The translations under genes and the position numbers were made by a program. Below are positions 29,150 to 33,060 of a stretch of DNA of 33,060 bases, in pieces. The DNA comes from a bacterium. GTDB lineage: Bacteria; Zhuqueibacterota; Zhuqueibacteria; Oceanimicrobiales; Oceanimicrobiaceae. The stretch is taken from the NCBI GenBank assembly GCA_046757025.1, contig JBHHXN010000048.1:1-33060 (forward strand), read 5' to 3'. Under the pieces are notes generated by a model. It saw nothing but the letters and a program-made list of their open reading frames with translations. It made no database searches and was not told the DNA's origin. Every line of letters begins with the position of its first letter. Within the stretch, counting starts at the first letter, position 1.

Positions 29150-29318
29150 TGGTTGCAAGGAATCGAAGAAACGAGCTGTTTTGTGGCTGCAGGTAGCGGA
29201 TGCCTTGTTTTATAAGACTTTCATTTTATTTGATTGGCTGGTTGAACGGATGCCGCCTCGGCTTCCGCAGAATGAAATTACCAAGGGGCGTTCAGGCTGC
29301 AGCGGAAGCAAGCTAAAA

Positions 29319-29654
29319 AGATTGTGTGAAAAGTCGAAATGTAACTTAAAAACCAAGAATGCCACTACGGTCATTCCCTGTCTTGAGGGACAAACTGGAA
29401 GAATCTTATTGTTAGGGCCTATGTCCTCTATTTCAGAAATCGTTGTAGGGTTCACAAAATCCAATAACCGCTACCGCGCTTCAACCTGAGCGGAGTCTAA
29501 GGGTGAAGTTCCTGGTTTTCCGAATTTGATTTGGGACACACCATGAAGCCAGGTATCCGACAATTCATTTCGAAATGGAGCACTAAGGTGCTGTTTATTA
29601 AAAAGAATCTTCCAGAATGACAAAAATCATTGCGTTGGACTTTACACGCAACCT
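29319..29654. mobile_element. MITE-like non-autonomous element
   Basis: Terminal inverted repeats AGATTGTGTGAAAAGTC (29319-29335) / GACTTTACACGCAACCT (29638-29654), 14/17 match; internal GTCATTC...GAAGAATCT, CCTGAGCGGAGTCTAAGGG and CAGAATGAC repeat motifs; no transposase. Confidence 0.55.
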
Positions 29655-29714
29655 CTGCAGGTTGAACAGCCTGTTTTGCAGAAGTCTGACACCACAAACT
29701 AAAGGGAGGAAATA

Positions 29715-30014
29715 ATGGGAGCAAAATTGTTGACAGTGACTATCGGCTCACTGTTGATCATCTGGTTTATCGATTTGTTTACCCTTTGGTATGCGAAATT
29801 CTTAAAACGATGGATGCCGAATCTCAAAATCAGACATCTTTTAGGACACCTGGTTTGGGCCATACTGGCCATCGGATTTTGGAGTACGCTTTATCGCAAT
29901 CATCTACCCGAAACGTTTAGTCCGACGTATTTGTTTTTTGTTCTGTTCATCTACAGCATCCGCGGCCTGATCGGATCATTTATAAACGTACGCAACCAGA
30001 GTCAGGATAATTGA
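29715..30014 (+). CDS. hypothetical 3-TM membrane protein
   Basis: GGGAGG SD; three hydrophobic segments. Confidence 0.75.
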   Translation: MGAKLLTVTIGSLLIIWFIDLFTLWYAKFLKRWMPNLKIRHLLGHLVWAILAIGFWSTLYRNHLPETFSPTYLFFVLFIYSIRGLIGSFINVRNQSQDN

Positions 30015-30229
30015 ATAGCGCGCACAAGACAATTGTTTGTGGGTGGATTAGAGGCCAGCTAACCTGCAGCAGTTAGCAGGAAAGACCTGTGGAACTAGCT
30101 GAATGGTTGTTTGCCTCTTTGATTGCACGCGGAATGAATTGCAAGAAATTGCACACGCTTGCGTGTTCCTTCCCACGTAGGCGTACATGAAGCCAAGAAA
30201 TTAAAGATTATTCAGTTAGATTCTGATAT

Positions 30230-31156
30230 TTATTCAATGAGAAAGCTATAAATCCAGCGAGCCAGACCGATGATGACAAGGATGATGCCTTCTTTTCGGG
30301 AAATAATCCATTTCGTGCGCATAAAAACCAAAACCACCAAAACCATCAGAACTAGCACCACCAAATTGGCTCGGGCGGACAAGTCCACTGGTAAATCGCG
30401 CATGATCGCGGCCAACCCTAAAACGCCGAACATGTTAAATATGTCGCTGCCGATCAAGTTGCCCACGGAAATACCGTAGCGTTTGCGCATGGCCGCCACC
30501 AATGAAGTGGCAAATTCCGGTGCCGAGGTTCCCGCAGCCACCACCGTGGCGCCAATAACCCATTCGGAGATGCCAAATGATTTCGCCAGATTTACAGCCG
30601 CTGTAACCATAAAATGTGACCCACCTAATACCATTCCCAGTCCGAGCAGCAGTAACGCCGGATCCCACCAGCGCAGCTCGCCCGCCGGAATTTCAGCGTC
30701 CAGCGGCTGGCGCTGCCAGTAAAGAAAGCCGATGTATATGATCAGGAGGCTGAATAAAAACACCCCTTCAAGCCGGTTCAAATGCAGATTCCATAGCAAA
30801 ATCGTCAGCAAAATGGCGCCTGACAATAAAAACATTCCGTCGCGAAAAATAACGGTCTTATTGGTCTTCAGGCTGTGAATGATGGCGGTTCCGCCGAGAA
30901 TGAAGCCCAGGTTAAAAATATTCGATCCGACGATATTGCCCACAGAGATGTTGCCCATACCTTTGAGAGCGGCCAGAATCGTTACGCCGAATTCCGGGGC
31001 CGACGTTCCAAACGCCACAATGGTCAAGCCGATGATCAATTCCGATATTCCCAGCCGTTTGGCGATTTTCGCTGAGGCGTCCACCAGCCAGGCTGCACCC
31101 TTTCCAATGACAACTATGCTTACTATTATGATTACCACATCCTTGACAATTTCCAT
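30230..31156 (-). CDS. calcium/sodium antiporter (YrbG/CaCA family)
   Basis: Two alpha-repeats: GLTIVAFGTSAPE...GNIVGSNIFN and GATVVAAGTSAPE...GNLIGSDIFN. Confidence 0.94.
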   Translation of the reverse strand: MEIVKDVVIIIVSIVVIGKGAAWLVDASAKIAKRLGISELIIGLTIVAFGTSAPEFGVTILAALKGMGNISVGNIVGSNIFNLGFILGGTAIIHSLKTNKTVIFRDGMFLLSGAILLTILLWNLHLNRLEGVFLFSLLIIYIGFLYWQRQPLDAEIPAGELRWWDPALLLLGLGMVLGGSHFMVTAAVNLAKSFGISEWVIGATVVAAGTSAPEFATSLVAAMRKRYGISVGNLIGSDIFNMFGVLGLAAIMRDLPVDLSARANLVVLVLMVLVVLVFMRTKWIISRKEGIILVIIGLARWIYSFLIE

Positions 31157-31430
31157 TCAACGACTCCCAGTCAATTTGAAATTAACCGCTTCTGATAATC
31201 CATAAAACCATTTGTTCGAATCTATTACAACCTATAATGAGCGAATGAGTGTTGTATTGGCCTTTCAACGGGTTCACGGTTCCGGATCAAAGGTGTTCAC
31301 GCTTCAGAGCCTTTGTCAAAAGTCGGCTACCGACCATTTGTCATTCTCTGCGTTACGGGACGAGCAGGAGGATTTTTTTTAGTTTGGAAGTAAAGTGGGC
31401 CGGTTTTGAAAATATTTACTACCGGTTTTT

Positions 31431-32453
31431 TCATATTGCTAATTCAGATTTAATGTCTGCTAAAATATCTTTTAGATGTGGCGTCTGGAACCAGCTCTTT
31501 TCCGTTAATTCGTTGCAGAATGCCATGTACAGTTGGGAAATCAATTCATGCAACCGGACCGGTAACGGCGGCGGTGCTGGGACGTGCTGCTTCCAATTGA
31601 GCTGATCTTTAAGTTTGGCCTGACTGACGGATTCGTACCAGAGGGTTTTTCGATAATAAATTCGGGCGACTTCTTTGCTCACCGGGATGCCTTCATAAGC
31701 AAATCGACATTCGTCCGGTGTTCCCAGCACATCCACCAGCAACAGCCGGCGGTTTGCATCCATGCCAAACTCAAGTTTACCGTCTTCCTGTACCAGACCA
31801 ATTCGAAGGGCTTGCTCTGTGATCATTTCATCGATGAGCAACGTGGTGCGCTTGATGTCGGCTAATTCGTCATCGGAAATGCCGGCCAGGTTTTTGGCTT
31901 CTTCCCAGGAAAGATAGCGATCCGTGGCTTCCAATTTGGTAGAAACGTCCAGAATCGGGGGTGAGAGTATTTGCCCGGAAACCGGCATCTGATTCAGCCC
32001 CATTTCGCTTAAAGTTAAGCTGCCCTCGTTTAATCTTTTAAACACACTCGAGCCTTCCGGCAAGGCGTTTCTGTAGATGATTTCTAAAGGAATTAGAAAA
32101 TTTTTTAGGTCGTTATGATAAATCGAATAATCGTAAGCATCCTGCATGACCGGAGGTTTTAACACTTGCAGCAATTTAACTTGCATGATATCCACGGGCT
32201 TTGTTAATTCTGATAAATGTTTTACGCTGTTTTCATGTACCAGACCCAAATAATGGGTGTGGATGTTCATGCTCTCCAATTTTTCAAAAAAGTAAGCGCC
32301 AATCAGACACAGGGCTTTGCCTTTGTTGGTGATGTGGTCGGGCATTTCACCCCAGTCGAATACCGAATACCGATCTGAAAAATTAAAGTTACCGACCCCA
32401 TGCTCATCGGCAGTCGAATTTTTTAGTACGGTTAAATCTTTGACACTTCCCAT
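31431..32453 (-). CDS. purC: phosphoribosylaminoimidazole-succinocarboxamide (SAICAR) synthase, long form
   Basis: MGSVKDL, FSDRYSVFDWG, IPLEIIYRN, DVSTKLE, DGKLEFG, DVLGTPDECRF. Confidence 0.92.
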   Translation of the reverse strand: MGSVKDLTVLKNSTADEHGVGNFNFSDRYSVFDWGEMPDHITNKGKALCLIGAYFFEKLESMNIHTHYLGLVHENSVKHLSELTKPVDIMQVKLLQVLKPPVMQDAYDYSIYHNDLKNFLIPLEIIYRNALPEGSSVFKRLNEGSLTLSEMGLNQMPVSGQILSPPILDVSTKLEATDRYLSWEEAKNLAGISDDELADIKRTTLLIDEMITEQALRIGLVQEDGKLEFGMDANRRLLLVDVLGTPDECRFAYEGIPVSKEVARIYYRKTLWYESVSQAKLKDQLNWKQHVPAPPPLPVRLHELISQLYMAFCNELTEKSWFQTPHLKDILADIKSELAI

Positions 32454-32499
32454 TTGTCTTCCTGCTTAAAACATTTTAATTTTATGAACTGTTACTGCG

Positions 32500-32619
32500 T
32501 TATTTCAGAAACCAGCCCAAAAGAATTATAATAATTAGCAAAATGCCAAATAGGATGAGTATCCAGCCGCCACTGATGGATTTTTCTTCTTGCTGCTTCT
32601 GGTTCTCAGGTTTTGACAT
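32500..32619 (-). CDS. small C-terminally anchored membrane protein, 39 aa (MSKPENQKQQEEKSISGGWILILFGILLIIIILLGWFLK)
   Basis: ATG 32619 to TAA 32500; hydrophilic N-terminus plus a strong ~20-aa TM helix; same strand as, and just upstream of, purC. SD weak. Confidence 0.55.
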   Translation of the reverse strand: MSKPENQKQQEEKSISGGWILILFGILLIIIILLGWFLK

Positions 32620-32910
32620 GGCTTTGAATTCTTTTCCTCGAAAAATGTCCTACTTCTTATCCTGCACAAGAGTTCCCGTTAGATGATTTTTGAATGACTC
32701 ATCCATTCGAGATAACAGAGGTGTTTTACTAATTACAATTGTGCAAGAAGCGCTTGAGAAACGCACTCGATTTTGTGGTTCAGGTCAAGTTGCTATTTTA
32801 AGGTTTTTTGATGAATAGATCAATAAATATTGTCTTGAACCGCAAAAAATATTTGATATTGAGAAGATAGATCTACGGCTATCCAGTTAGCTCAGCAAAC
32901 TTCCAGAATG

Positions 32911-33041
32911 GTCATTCTGCGCGATCCCGCTCAGCGGGAGAGCGAAGAATCTCATGCTACTGAGCTTGATTGAATGAATAAAGTTTGGTGGTCTGAGATT
33001 CTTCAGTCGCGGAGTTTATCCTGAACAACGCCGAAGGGCTC
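32911..33041. repeat. GTCATTCTG-type REP/MITE-like palindromic element
   Basis: GTCATTCTG...AGCGAAGAATCTC paired with GAGATTCTTC (32995-33004), internal TCCCGCT-C-AGCGGGA hairpin, CCTGAACAACGCCGAAGGG motif shared with the 29319 element. Confidence 0.65.
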
Positions 33042-33060
33042 AGTTCCTATATTGAAATAC

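Noticed and set aside
29147..29215. Readthrough of the dehydrogenase's TGA
   Set aside because: The protein is already complete for its family and there is no hairpin at SECIS distance.
1149..32453. Genome-wide UGA reassignment (code 4/25) as an explanation for the in-frame UGAs
   Set aside because: smpB, purC, the deoxynucleoside kinase, ECF sigma and others end at TGA at their normal family length, so UGA is an ordinary stop unless locally recoded.

Overview
Bacterial genomic window in standard code 11. The sequence style (FlgD/T9SS-type C-terminal domain, GTCATTC.../AAACCTGGAAGG repeats) suggests an FCB-group lineage such as KSB1/Calditrichota, but that is inference only. It opens with the 5' part of a 16S rRNA gene (minus strand) with two promoters and boxA-like sites, followed by tyrS, smpB and tRNA-Leu(CAG). 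Housekeeping genes follow (rlmB, two HAD hydrolases, a LeuB-family dehydrogenase, Hsp15, deoxynucleoside kinase, TrmH, purC). Accessory genes include a sigma54-promoter-driven outer-membrane/lipoprotein pair beside a degenerate NtrC-like regulator, a secreted Cys-protease-like protein, an ECF sigma/anti-sigma/DUF4097 operon, a membrane PP2C phosphatase and several REP/MITE-like elements. The most notable observation is an unannotated two-gene operon at 3333-3719 (minus). It encodes a 53-aa membrane peptide and an FmdB-type zinc-ribbon protein, each with an in-frame UGA after Thr followed 21-23 nt later by a G-starting hairpin loop that fits the bacterial SECIS pattern. These are two candidate tandem selenoproteins.
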